The translations under genes were made by a program, and so were the position numbers. The notes under the pieces were generated by a model. It made no database searches. It saw only the letters and a list, made by a program, of their open reading frames with translations, and was not told the origin of the DNA. DNA of 64,000 nt from assembly GCA_004022145.1 (NCBI GenBank), contig RCNU01000001.1; one strand, given 5' to 3'. Source of the DNA: Paecilomyces variotii (taxonomy: Eukaryota). Positions 26,886 through 39,971 of the stretch are shown here, in pieces (position 1 is the first letter of the stretch; each line of letters starts with the position of its first letter).

Positions 26886-27875
26886 GATTTTAGACGGGGT
26901 TCGTTTTTTTTTTCGATGGATTTAGGGAATTGATATGAAGAAATTTAGCATTAAATGGAATAGATTCATTAGCGGCTCGATTCGCTCTTGATACCTTTCG
27001 ATACTCCAGAATGGGAGTGTCTGTCGAAACGGAGTTAATCGGGTTTTAGAACGTCGCAATTAAGTAGGTCGGGGATAAATGTTGTGATGGGAGGCCTGAA
27101 TACTACGTGAGGTTAGGCGCCTAGTACGATGCGATGGACAAGGAGTTCAGACTGATCAAAGATGTAGTACGAGGCCATTACGGAGGTATAGGATGTTGGG
27201 TATATGTTGGTCTATTAGTCCGCTTAACAGAGTCGAGCGTTTGGACCTGGATTACTTTTCAATTATATGTAGCGATCCACTAGCGATGTTCTTTTCTTTT
27301 CTGTTTCAGGCCCCAAGCTCCGATATTTCCATCAGAGGCAGTAGGGAGAGTGATCAATTAAAGGCTCGACTGCGATAGACAAACTGTAAAGTATATATAG
27401 CATGCAAACAGCTAGCCTCATTTAACAAGCCAAGCCACACGGACATTGATATATGACTCAAGTATAGGATGAAAATTCGTTTCCTAAATGTTCTAGATAT
27501 GCTAATCACGGGACACAAGATATAATAAAAAGGAACTAACCATGCTTGCTTTGAGGCTAGAACCTAGTAGGCGCTGTAATGGCAAGGAATAGAGAGAGAA
27601 CGCCCAATGCCATGCAAATGATACACCGTATGAAACTTCCTGTGAAACGCCAGCCAAAGGGACCTATTCGGGAATGCTTAAAAAGGGCAACTCGCTGCAT
27701 GAAATAAAGCGGCTGTGGTAAAGCAGATTAAGTAGTCCCAGACTCCAGCAAGACAGATCCGACGTTGTTAGGCCTATCCTGCACTTGGACAACGGCTGAG
27801 CATTGCATTGTTGATCAACGCTCAAATTTCGAGTTCCGCCATATGGGAAGATACATGCACCATTAGGTAGCTGCT

Positions 27876-30173
27876 CTAGGTTTGTGCCCTTTGAGCGCCA
27901 GTATATACGCCTTCAAAGTCCAACTGAGCTAGCATACCATTGATCCGGTCAATCTCGCGACTGAGATCTTCCACGTTCATGGCAAGACTGCTGACTTCGT
28001 CGAATTTACGGCGCCGATTAGCGTCCGCTATCATTTCTGACACGAAGAACTTCTGCTCCTCGAGAACGATCAGCCGCTCTCTAAGCGACTTTTCCTCTGC
28101 TTCTAGGGTTGAAATAGCACTGCTGTTATCACTAATAACGCTGGCATTGCTGCCGCCGGCGGCGTTACTGCCATATTTGATCGATGCGAGGGCCGATGGT
28201 TGAGGCCGGCCATTCGCAAAGCCGGGCGTTGCACGGCTGCTAGCATCAGAAACGCCGTTTGCTAGACGACCATGAGGGGTGGCGTGTTTAAGAACTTTCG
28301 GAAGAGTCTTGAGAGGGAGCATATGCAAGTGGAGGAAGTTGCTGGCTTGCTGATAGATGGCCTTCTGCAGTCTTTGCTGGGTGCGAGACTCAGTAGGCAT
28401 ATCTCGAATCCGTCTCGCAGCGATGTCGTACTGCGCAAACGAATCAATAAGTCGTCGCCGTACTTTTGAAGCGTCGGTAAGTTGTGCGGTTGAAGGGGGC
28501 CTGTCAGGGTCTCTGCGGGGGGAAGTTCAGTAACTGACGCAAGAATTCAAGATTCTGGATACATACTGCAACGCTGCTAGCAATCTCTGGAATTTCGGCA
28601 GCAAGAGTCGTATGCCCCTTTCAAACTGTACCAAGTTGTTATACGCCCGTACGTCGGGCGGAGTTCGCATGACGTCTGCATCGAAGTCACGTCTCTTGAA
28701 CAGAGTCGTCCTACACTCTTTGCAGAGTCTGACGTCGACATTGACTTTGCCGATATTAGACTTCTCCGTCGAAGTATCAGTTCCTGCCAAAGGTCAGCAA
28801 AGAGGCAAAGACAGACAGTTTCACAGGATGACACTGACTGGCTACGCTCAACCCAACCTCAACTGAGCATTCAGTCTCCGGATCACCGCATACCACCCGC
28901 CCGCAGGTTCTGCAGTGGTGCCTTCGAAATGTATAACTCGTAAAGTCTTGTTGACAAAAAGGACATCTAGCGACACTCGCATCATCTTGCCAACTGACAA
29001 CCGATTGCTCTATCGCCTTTCGTTGCTCGCCGTTCCATGCGAGCGACCACCTTCTATTCGCTCCGGACTGAATTTGGTCTGCCGGTAGTGTCGCGAGAAG
29101 TTGAGTAAGACGAGTCAATCTCTTCTCGAGACGTGAGACTTCAAGGAAATTCTTATCCACTTTCTGTTTTCTTATAGCATTGAAGCTGCCCGTGAGATCC
29201 CTCACATATCCTAGTCGAGGTCAGTTCCGCCACATCAGAACATCTGGCACAGGACTCACCATTATGGTCATTGTATCCTTCTCGCGACTTATAGCAAGTC
29301 TCACAGACCCTGCACCAGAGACCTCTTACGGGCTCATGTTGCGCTGAACGTGACAGCTTCATCTGGTACATCGTATGCTCCTCACAAAACAGTTTCCCGC
29401 ACTTCCTGCAATTAACACAGCCGTTGATAGCATTCAGTCTCTTCCCGCACGAAGGCTCCAAGCAGAAATCATTGAGTGTTCGTGGTTGCCAATGTTCTCT
29501 CGTCACAACTTCATCTGGATCCAGCGTCCTTATCGGTTCGACGGGCCCCGCGCTGCTTGCAGGGGGCCTACTCTGCGCGGCCAACGAAGCATGGTAATCC
29601 TCGTTCGACTCAAAGACGTCCAGCCCCTTCAGCTTCTGGTTCAAAACGGCCAGCGGTTGAAACCGTTTGGCCTTCTCCATCTGGACCTTGAACCAATCCT
29701 TAACCTCATCCTGCCTATCTTCCTCGAGGTTCTGATGCACATCGTCGAGGTGTCTGCGGGAAGAGAATTAATCATAACGTATATTGTAATTAGGATAAAC
29801 GATAATAATACCTGTTTAGTTGTAACAAGGTCACCTTGAGCGAAGTTCATTAGCTACCTGTCATCCCACACCGACTTATCCGCGCCGCGGGACTTACCAT
29901 CTCCTCATTACAGATGGGACAGACGAGGTTCGCGCCGGAAGCTGCCGGAGCAGCAGAGATGGCGTTATCTCCATTTTCAAGAGATATTCGAGATGTGATA
30001 TCCTGGGTTTCAGAGGAAAACTGCGACGCGGAGGCTTGCGAGTTGAGCGATACGCTGCTGGCGGAGGGCGACAGGACTTTGGGCTTCGTCTGCGGAGACG
30101 GAGTCGGGCCCGCTGGCGATAGGGACTTCCCACTGCCCAGGACGCGGCCACCGCCAAGCGTCCTCCGGGACAT
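27876..30173 (-). CDS. PEP7: Vacuolar segregation protein Pep7/Vac1 (C2H2 plus two FYVE fingers plus coiled coil); multi-exon
   Basis: CPICNEEM zinc finger, VNCRKCGKLFC, WCRVCETC, WQDDASVARCPFC...RRHHCRTCGRVVC, VRLCKEC, C-terminal LEEQKFFV...RRKFDEV. Confidence 0.92.
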
Positions 30174-30757
30174 GATTTTATCTGCTCATGGGAGGGGATC
30201 CGCGAGGAGCGGAGAGAACAAAACCGGGAGAAAGGGAGATGGCGGTATCTGAACATGAGCCAGTCTCAGGTATCAATCATGATAAGTTCGTCCTCCGCCC
30301 GAGCTCGTTGCCGCCTTCTCCGTGAGGCAACGGCACTAACGCGGTAAGGCTAGTTACCACTAGCATGCATCAAAAAGATGTATAGATCGAAATTGAGAGT
30401 CTCAGGAAGAAGAACGGATTATTACATCCATTAGTATGCATGGATTCAAAAAAGCCCAGAAGTCTATAATCATAAGCGGTCTATTATCTATTCCCTATTA
30501 AATCTTGAGCATTAGGCTAAGGACCTAAACTACCACATATACACATACTCCGGTCCGATGAGAGGAAAAACCCAGAAGAAAACAATGCTCAAGAAGTACC
30601 TAGGTACCGGAAAGATAAAATATGCGATTCGTGGTAACATAGCTATATTTGATCTATATAAGAAAAGTCCGCTGAACCAGCGCACACCTGATAGAATACT
30701 TAGGCGATCTATTTACAAAAAGAACCCAAAACAAAAGTCGAGGATATCAGACACGCT

Positions 30758-32223
30758 TCAAGTGTACCAAGAAGGACTGGGAACCTCATCCAACAACCAG
30801 TAGCGACCCAGCTCAGTCTCCTTGTACGCAACTGGATCGTGCAGAGTATGCGTTCGGACATCACGCCAGAAGCGATCGAATCCGTACTTCTCTGCGGTTG
30901 ACCTCGCACCGGTCACTTCAAACACACCAGCAGTAACTTCGAGGGAAGAGTGTGTTGCCGTAACCTTGACGCTAGCAGCCCATTCGGCTACCTCTCCACG
31001 CTGTCGTGGGGTGATATCGCGCTTCGCGCTGTGCTCCTTCAAGAGGGTGGAAAGCTCGGTAGCAGCACGGTCTGCGAGAGCGTCGGCTGCACGGAGAGAA
31101 GCGAGGTATCTACCGTACTTCGCCAGCACATAGTGCTCCTCCGCCGGGGTCTTCTTTGGGTCATGCGAAAATGGCCAAGCACGTGTTTGAGTGTTGGTGT
31201 AGCCACGAGCGGTGCGCAGGGCGCCCCAAGCAATACCAATGTAGAAGTTGGAGAAGACGAGTTGAATGCTGGGGAGAAGAAGAGTAGCCCATGGGTTCTG
31301 GAGTACTTCAGGGATGGGCAACTTCGTCTCCTTCGACCAACCCAGTGCATCGTCCCATGGGATAGAGACGTTCTCGATCTTCACGGACCCTGACTCAGAC
31401 AAGCGTAGTCCGATATTGTTCCAGTTATACGAGAAAATAATACCCGGCTGGCGTGTTGGGACCAGCGCAAAGATATGATGTTCAGTGTCTTCATAGACAC
31501 CTTCCAGAACGGTAAGGTCGGAGATCACACCACCAGTGTTGAAGTTCTTGAAGCCATTGAAGACGAGACCATCTCCAGACTTGGTGACGCGGGAGTCATT
31601 GTCGCGCGGGTTCACGGCGCCTAGTGATTTGGTTGAATTAGGATCTATGGGAATTATCTCCAGAAAAAGAAAGAAACCGACCACTTACCTCCAATGAAGT
31701 AGTTGTTCTCGATGATAAGTTTCTCGAAGCGGTCCTTCTGTTCGTCCGTACCAACAATGCGTGCCGTTGTAGACCACAGCAAGTGATAGCCCAATAGCAT
31801 ACCAATGGATCTATCAGGAGCTCATATATATTAGCCACTGCTCTCAGGGAGTATAAGAATATCTCGAGTCACGTACCCATCACCAGCAGCAACCTCCCTG
31901 ATGACCTTATAGCCAGTCTCCCAGCTCTCACCACCTCCACCATACTTGGCGTCACCAATAACCTTGAGCAATCCCGAGCTCTTCAGAAGCGCAATTTCCG
32001 CTCTAGGAGTCTTCTGCTCCTTGCTTCGAGCAGCTGCATCTACAGCAAGGATGTCGCTGACTTTCTTAGCCCGCTCCAGCCATGCAGCAGAGCCCTTGGG
32101 CTGCCCTTCAGCTGCAAAAGCATCATGGTGCTCCTGATAGATCGCCGGGTCTGAAGCTGGAGGAGCTGGATTCGGAGGGGCATGGTTCTGGAGCGTTTGG
32201 ATGGTGGGGTTGTGCTGCGCCAT
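30758..32223 (-). CDS. Acyl-CoA-dehydrogenase-fold flavin-dependent monooxygenase, DszC/SfnB (desulfurisation enzyme)-like; two introns
   Basis: LKSSGLL, EVAAGDG|SIGMLLGYHLLW, GAVNPRD, GFKNFNTG, NWNNIGLRLSESGSV, C-terminal GFDRFWRDVRTHTLHDPVAYK. Confidence 0.85.
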
Positions 32224-33178
32224 GATGACTGATATACTTGCTTGCTTGCTGGCTCTTCGTCGTGTCTCGATGGTGCCTGAGCAAAGCTGCGGTCCATCAG
32301 GGACTATTTAAGTACAGGTTGGAGTCTACATCTTTTCCAGAAACCCTCTCTGATGGTGTGATATTAAGCTTTGATCTCCGAGGGAACGGTTTCCAGGAGT
32401 GTGAAGTTCTGTTCATCCTCTTCGCCATTATTGTCCATTACTATTGCCGGGTCCAATCTTCTTACTTACCCCTCATATACCTCTGAAGGACCGTGATAGC
32501 TAGTATCCAATAGGGCTTTGCCGATGTTATCCATTTTCCCTTTCACGGTAAAGGGATACGGACAGAGACAGGCCCCTTATTCGCTCTCCTTGGCTCTCTA
32601 TGCATTGTGTGCTTCTAGGCGCAATCACGTCTTCTGGACCTGTCCCACCTATCCAATATCTCATCAGAAAGATGCCCGAGGAAATCAAATCCCGTTTGCT
32701 GTCGCAACGGTGGTGCAAGAGATACTCGGAGAGCCACTATTGCTTGCACAAAGTTTAGTGTTGATTGCGAGATTCGGGGTCTGATTTGGCGTTGATAGAA
32801 CGGGAAAGGTGGGCCATCGTGCCGTCAGGATCGGCACAGGTTTCCTCAATTGTAACTATTCAGGACATGATCAGTAATTAATTATCTGAACAATGTTAGT
32901 TATGCAATGGGGAATCTTCAATCCATGCCGCTAGCCTGGATACATCGTGAGCAATTAGTAAAATACGTTTTGTGATTCCGGACTGGATGATGCTATTCTA
33001 ACATTGGCGGGTTAATGGCTCGATGGCCTGACATAAACTGCTCTTTTATACCAATAGTTAAAGGTAATCAATGCTCTATCGTCAATCCTTTCACTTTCAA
33101 CGTGTGAAAACACCCTGCCTTTGATGGCAAGAAAACAATTCACAATAACATGCTCTGCAGTTATCCTTAATTAGGTAC

Positions 33179-34252
33179 CTAGTCCCTCCTGCGCCTCTCG
33201 AAAAATCGGCTGGTGTCCCCCAGTGGGAAGGAGAAGAAGAGGGCTTTCTGACACATTAAGTGGCCCATGGTGTACCAACCAAACATTCCTGATACGAAGC
33301 AGCACGCTCCGCCCAGCTTCTGGAGAACCATTCCCGCATATTCGTGGCCGTCCGCAATGGAAAAGTAGGCTGCTGCAATGAAGAGAAAGCCTAGCTCGAC
33401 GAAGACAAATATACCGGCATATGCGATGTTGCTATTTTATCCAAGGTCATTAGAACTCGCGTAAGAGATGCTTCCTGCGGCGGGAACCAGAAACTTACAT
33501 CGTCAGAGATTCAATAGTGAAGAAAAGGTTCAGGACAGTCCATACTAGTAACCTGTAAGCATCACGTACACTTCATGGCATCGGGCAGATATCATCAATT
33601 GAATACGTACTGATCATAAAGAAACCGGAGGCATTGTAGTACTGTGCCGTATCGCCGCCAAATGAAGCCTCTACCCCGAATGCAGGTGTGATGATAGCAC
33701 CATATCCTCCGTAAAAGAGGCCTGTTGGTCGACCATCAGCATCTAAATAACGAAATATTGATCAAATATGGACCAGCTAAGATGAACCTACCGAAAGCGC
33801 TCAATACGACATATCCGTATCCATTTCCCCTAACAAGCTCCCACTGGGCAGTGATGACCATGCCGATCGCCGCCAGGAAGAAGAAATTCGCAATGAAAAC
33901 ATTCTTCGTGTCAACTCCTCGCCATTCCATCAGTGAGAGAGACAAAGTCGTCAATGTCGTCGCGAAAGCGCCAATACCGAGGGCGGTCTTACAAGCAAAT
34001 CAGCAAGTCAGTGCACAAGACTTTTCAAAAACAAGTCTGAAGCCTGCAAAATAGACGAGTACTTACTGGGACGCCCAAACCAGAAGCCACCGAAGTCGGT
34101 ATGGGGATAACCTGAGGGGAATTGAATGGTTGCGTGCGGTATGTTGCAACGTGGGAAAGAGACTCTATGCCCGTAAACTCCTCATTCTTCTCGCTTGTAG
34201 AGGTCTTCCTGTTGATCTCGGGAGGGACGCTCCCATTTTGATAGGTAGCCAT
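33179..34252 (-). CDS. GPR1/FUN34/YaaH family acetate/ammonium channel (AlcS-like); several short introns
   Basis: Exon pieces ALGIGAFATTLTTLSLSLMEWRGV, AQWELVRGNGYGYVVLSAFG, LFYGGYG, YYNASGFFM, LVELGFLFIAAAYF, GWYTMGHLMC, FPLGDTSRFF...RRD*; stop at 33179-33181. Confidence 0.85.
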
Positions 34253-35030
34253 TCTGGATATCTTGGTTCGAAATTATGCACTGCTAATCAAATTCAATGA
34301 GGCTGTACTCTGTGCTGTATGTATTCCTATGTTCGTAACGAGGAGTTTGGCTGAGTGCAACAGAAGCAACAGAACAACGAAGACTGTCAACTTTGGATCC
34401 AGCTGGAAGAGGAAAGGGCAGAGCAAGCTTATGTATTTATTATTATACATCAAGGAAATAGCGACGGCACTCGACTTTCAAATAGTAGTAGTAACTAAGT
34501 ATCTTTCCTCCGTGGCCACATCGCCGCTTCCCCAGAGGGGAAACTCCAAAGAAACTGGCTTGGGGATCATTCTGCTCTAGAGTAATTTCACCATTACAGA
34601 TCCACATCACAACATCTACCCACGACACTTCGAAACCAACTCCCGCTAACAAGAGTTAGTGACAGAGCTTAATGCCTTTCGGTTGACGATCACGTTCAGG
34701 GCGGGGGAAGTTAGTTACGCGATGGAATTATTACTACTAGCTAATAAGCTTACTGGGCTCTTCATGAGCGTAAACATCTGGATTGGAAAAGGTCTGGTTC
34801 TCGCCTCATCTCCGGCTGAATGATTCAAGATTACCCCCAGCACCTGCCGTCCCTGCTGTGCCCTGTGCCCTGTGATGTCGAACACCCATTGCGCAATACA
34901 CACCTCGCTAGGCGACACCACTTGAGTCTTATAACGCCTGGACAGCGCTTTCTGCTACGTACTCAGCTGATCATCCCGAGGTTATGGTTCAGGTACTGCT
35001 TGATATTCAGTGTTCGGAACAGCCATGAGC

Positions 35031-35031
<1 letters not shown>

Positions 35032-35082
<51 letters not shown>
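35032..35082. repeat. Poly(A) homopolymer, 51 nt
   Basis: Seen directly, intergenic. Similar long A/T runs occur at ~800-837 and 58081-58115 (IMP2-like intron). Confidence 0.95.
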
Positions 35083-35084
<2 letters not shown>

Positions 35085-35853
35085 GTAGATTCAGAAAGAC
35101 GTAGCAATGTGAAAAATAGCGACAATAACGACTCGGTATCCAACATGCCGCTACCCCCAGTCCTCCGCACGGAGTATAAAGAGCAACAAGCTATTCATCT
35201 ACAAGCCCCACATCCACGGTTCGTGGAGTAGTTACGGAGTAGTCAGTCGTGAGCAATCCCATGGCTGATTTATTAAGCGGAAACCAAGAGCATCACCTTT
35301 TTCAGAGCCATACCAGACATTCAAGGAGGCCATTTTATTTATGAACCTTTTAAACCGATTGTTCTGGTTCCAAAGTCACGGTTTACTTAATAGTTGTTGT
35401 TAAGAGAGGCCCCGTTCGTCCAGTGGCCAACCACCCAAACGGGGAATTTCAACATCGGTCCCACGAATCGCATCATTTTCGGCATCGAATAACTATTCAA
35501 CGTCTCCCACTGAACCGGGGCAAAGGTCCATAGGGTTCTCAGAAACTTTCCTTCTAAGGCCATTGTGTGGCAAACACTTCTAAGCATTATTCTCTACCGC
35601 TCCGTTAACCAACACAGTGACAGTGGCCCAGAATCAGGAATGGAAACTCATCCTCTCATGAAAAAAGCGCGTCAAAATCTATTACAGGGCTCAGCAATAA
35701 GTCAACACAACTACTTGATTCTATAAGCACCATGTTTATGAGATCTCTATCCGCCGCTGCCCTCATAAGCTGCAGGTGAGGGGGCAGACAGTATACTGTT
35801 CCCACCATTGAGACAATCTATACATTGCCATCACCCATCGTAATATAACAACA

Positions 35854-38800
35854 TTAGACTTTACGCTGCTTCTCCCTCTCAGCCTCTGCCTCCGCCTCTT
35901 CCTTTCTCTTGCGCTCAGCCTCTCGCTGCAGCTGGTCTGGTCGACGGATGGCGATGTCTTTAGGACGGAAGTCGCTGAAGAGCTGCTTCAGAACATTCTC
36001 AATGATCCAGCAGCCAGCGTAGTCCAGAACCATCAGGACCGTCAACGTGACTTTGAACTCGTTGCTGAATGGCACCAGGCGCAGCTTCTCGTTGATCTCG
36101 GGAACAAACTCGGTAGCGCAAGAGAAGGCAACAGCCGAGGCAGCCACCAGACCCCAGTACATGGCCTTGTTCTCGCGGATAGACTCGCGGAATGGGCGAC
36201 CCTGGTAGTTGATAGAGAATGTAGAGATCTGTTGGATAAGCTGAAGCAGATAGACGGCACTGTTGAGCAGAGATGGCTCAAACTCGCCTTCCAGATCGAC
36301 ATCATTCGACTTCCTGTAGGTTTTATCAGTTTGTCATTGCCCGGAAGACATGGGTTTATGGAATTGACATACGGCTCAATCTTGGTGACATAATTCGAAA
36401 GGTAGATCAGCGTCGCAATGTGAATGGCAAACTGCCCAAGCACCGAACCAATGATGTAGACGTTGAAGATATTCGGTTGTGGACGCTCCTTTGACAGGCC
36501 TTCGACTGACTGAAGATATTGTTAGCATATATCGTTCACATTAGGAAATAACCTGGAATCAGGCCATAATCAAGTTCTTACCTTGGCACGAGAGATGGAT
36601 AGGAAGCAGACACTCATGAGCATACCGCTAATGGTGACTTGGCCGTCTCCGAACTTGATACCATCGAGGTAGATCACACTCAAACTGTAGGCACTGATCA
36701 AGCAGTTCAAAGCCAGAATCTTGTACATCTGAATCGTAGCGACGAGGGTACAACGGCCTTGGCGAATGATGTTGGGAATGGCAACGACATTAGCAAGCTT
36801 GCTAGTGAAGGGGGCAGCGACCGAGGCGTCGCCCAGCTTGATCGTTGGCGGCTCGCTATCGTCGAGCTCCTGCTCCATCATCGAGGTAGTGAGCTTATCA
36901 GCAAGACCCGCAGCTGCCACAGTGGCCTGCTGCTGGCGTTGCTGCTGAGGAGAGAGGTTCTGGTTCGACCGCTGCAGTGCTTGTGCACCGGGAGACACAA
37001 TGGTAGCCTCGGGCTTGGAGGTGTCCTGAACACCAGCAGCAGAAGCGTTGGTAATACCTTTCCGCTGGGCTTCTCGCTCAATAGCCTTTTCATAGTGCGG
37101 GTTGTTCGGGCCGGGAGGATAGAGGTGAGCAATTTGAACAGGAACAGGAGGAGCAGGCTGGTTGAATCGTTGCATCATGGCGACCTGCTTTTCGTAGATT
37201 TCCTTCATCTTCGTGTTCCGGTAATGCTCAGCAATCTTGGTGAGATCCTCGGGCGAACCGTTCAGCAAAGCGACACCGACATGAGCCTGCTTCAGTGCAC
37301 CAACGTCATTTGTACCGTCACCGCACATCAGGGTAGTGTAACCAGCATCCTTGAGTCCAAGAAGAATCTCCTCCTTCTGCTTCGGCGACACACGAGCATA
37401 TACCCAAGTATGACGGAGAAGGTCCGGAAGAGCTTTTTGACCTTTGAACTTGGCCAGGGCATAACCAGTGACACAGATATCCTTAGTCTCCAGAGTTTCA
37501 CGGTCCAGGGGTTGCGTGGGGTCCACGTCGCGGTTGAACTTGTCATCGACGCTACGCCAGACGAGTCTCGTTCCAGAGGTATCATTCTCGGGAGCATCAA
37601 GGATGAGCACGTCACGATCGACAATTTCCACCTGCCTTGCGACGTGAACGGCAGTAAGTGGGTTGTCTCCAGTAATCATGACTACACGGTGGCTGCTCTC
37701 GTTGAGCATACGAACCGCCTTGACAGCATCTTCCTTCAGAGGGCACTGAAGAACAAGGAATCCAGCGAAAGTTAATTCTGACTCAATCTCTTCTCTCGTG
37801 TAATTGTTCACACGTCCCTGGCTGATCTCGGCTTCCGGGGAGAGATACTTGTAGGCCAAGGCGAGGACACGAGCTCCGTTACGGGTGAAATACTTGAAGG
37901 TCTCCTCATAGTTCTCAGGCGTGTTGACCAGCATGGACCGGATAGTCTCTGGTGCTCCCTTAACACCGACGAATGTCGCCTTCGTCCTCTTTGAAGTCTT
38001 TCGGTCCGTGGTAGTAACGGTCGCGATAGTGCTTTGACGCTTAAGAGCAGAAGAGAATTGGAATCTTCTCTTAATCTGAACAGATTCTGGAACAATAGAG
38101 GAGCTCTTCGCGGAAACACCCTTGCTGACAAGGATGTCATCCTTACCGAGTACCCAGCCGAGCCATTCCAATGTAGCCTTTTCCATTGGATCGCCAACAA
38201 TGTCTCCCTCATCCAGCTTCACAAGGGCGTGAGCCGAAGCAAGGACAAGTGCAGTGTACACATCAATACCCTCAGCTTTTGCCAGTTCAGTGTGACCACC
38301 GTTGGCTTCCACTTGGGCTCCTTTCTGGCCAAGGGTAAGCCCAGCAATTCCATCGACGACAAGGTCTTCGCCAGTTAATGTTCCAGTCTTGTCGAAACAG
38401 GCCACATCGACGCGGCCAGCGAAGGGAATGCGGAACGGCTCTGTGCAGAAGATGGCGAATTTGCTGAGGGCAGCAAGACTGGTGTTGACAGCCAGACTCA
38501 GCTCCATGGGAAGTTCAGGAGGAACAACACTCGTGATGATCAGGACACAGTCAAGCAGAAGCTTGGACCGTTTGCGATCCTTCTGAACACCCTCTTGCCA
38601 CACGTACCAAGAAGCAGCCAGGGCGAAGATGAGCAGGAACAGGATGAAAAGCAGAGCTTCAGCATTGTTGGCGGAGACTCTCTCTGTAGAGTAGATCATT
38701 GTGCGAACCAGACTTCCCTGACTGGTCTCAAATCCGGTCTTAACAACCACGCCCAGAGCACCGTTGTCCGGAGGGTTAGGGACCCCGGGGGATGTCTCCG

Positions 38801-39971
38801 GGAGCTTCTCTGCACCTTGTGCGCTGGAGCTTGGGTGTGTGATTTGAAGGACTTTAGTTCCTCCATGGACAAATGCGTTCTTATCAAGTCCATCCGGGTC
38901 GATCAAGTCGTCACCAGGTCGAAGTTGGATAGACTCCTTCAGCAAGGGTGTACTTTCACCAGAAAGCATAGCTTCATTGACGATCACATTACCCTCAATG
39001 AGGAGGATATCACAGGCAACGCCACTGTCTTCCTTGGTTCGATTCACTGACATGAGGTCTCCAGGGAGCAACTTGTCGCTGCTGATCTCCTGCCACTTTC
39101 CCTCACGGAAAACCCAGACATCGTAAGGTTTGATGCTCATGCCGCGGAACTCGTTCAGCGTGCGCTGACGTTGCCAGACAACAGTGCTTTCGAACGCAAC
39201 CAGCATGAACAAGGTGAAAAGGGAGTAGTACCAGTATTCATCCAGCATCCATAGACCCACGCAGAAAATCTGGAAGACGAAGAAGGGCGCGACGGCATGT
39301 TCCTTCCAGAGTTCAATGAAGCCTGGAACCGGAATATCGAACGTATTGTCGCCATAGTGGTGGTGAACACGATCAACCTCAGTCTTGGTGGTCAAGCCAC
39401 GGGACTGCTGGAAGAACCTGATCGGGGGCTTAGGGTCTGCATCCAGGACGTAGGATAGTGGCGCAAAGGCTTTCCGCTCCGGATAGTAAAGGAAACGGCG
39501 CTTCTGGAACAAAAAGGAGATGGTTTTCTTTCCACCGGTGGTATCATGGATCAGGTCACAGATCTCCGCGGCTCCGGCGTTCGTCACAGGAATAATCTTG
39601 ATAAGCTGGGCTGAATCGATGCTCCGGGAGCCTGTTGTGGTGAACAGCGCCCTGATGTTGATACTCCATTTCGTCATCAACCATAACAACGATTGTACAG
39701 TGATAATAGATCCGGAATAGACAAAGGTCCATTCCTGGCCCTGAATGTACTTATCATATCGCTGGGGATTCAGATAGATCGAGAAGAACAGGGGCCATAT
39801 GATGGTAAAAGGGAGCACATAGATATGCATCTGAGTAGGGAGTGGATTCCGAAGGGAGGCATGTTGAATCTGGGGATCATCGACGAGTTTCGCCCTGTAG
39901 GTCTTGTTAGTACGCATTGATATCTCTAGATGCAGTGGCACGCGACGGGTGCTGGAGGGTGAAACCGACAT
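35854..39971 (-). CDS. SPF1: ER P5A-type ATPase Spf1/Cod1 (ATP13A1 orthologue); introns include 39895-39969 and two near the 3' end
   Basis: P5A signature VVPPELPMELS, phosphorylation site CFDKTGTLT, LSGES, MITGDNPLTA, MCGDGTNDVGALKQA, KLGDASVAAPFTSK, QGRCTLVATIQMYKILALNCLI. Confidence 0.97.

Noticed and set aside
35032..35082. Poly(A) as the tail of a LINE/SINE or retrocopy
   Set aside because: No target-site duplication or recognisable element body; similar long homopolymers occur elsewhere in the window.
36639..37775. 378-aa plus-strand ORF
   Set aside because: Entirely antisense to Spf1 coding sequence; a codon-bias shadow with no recognisable domain.
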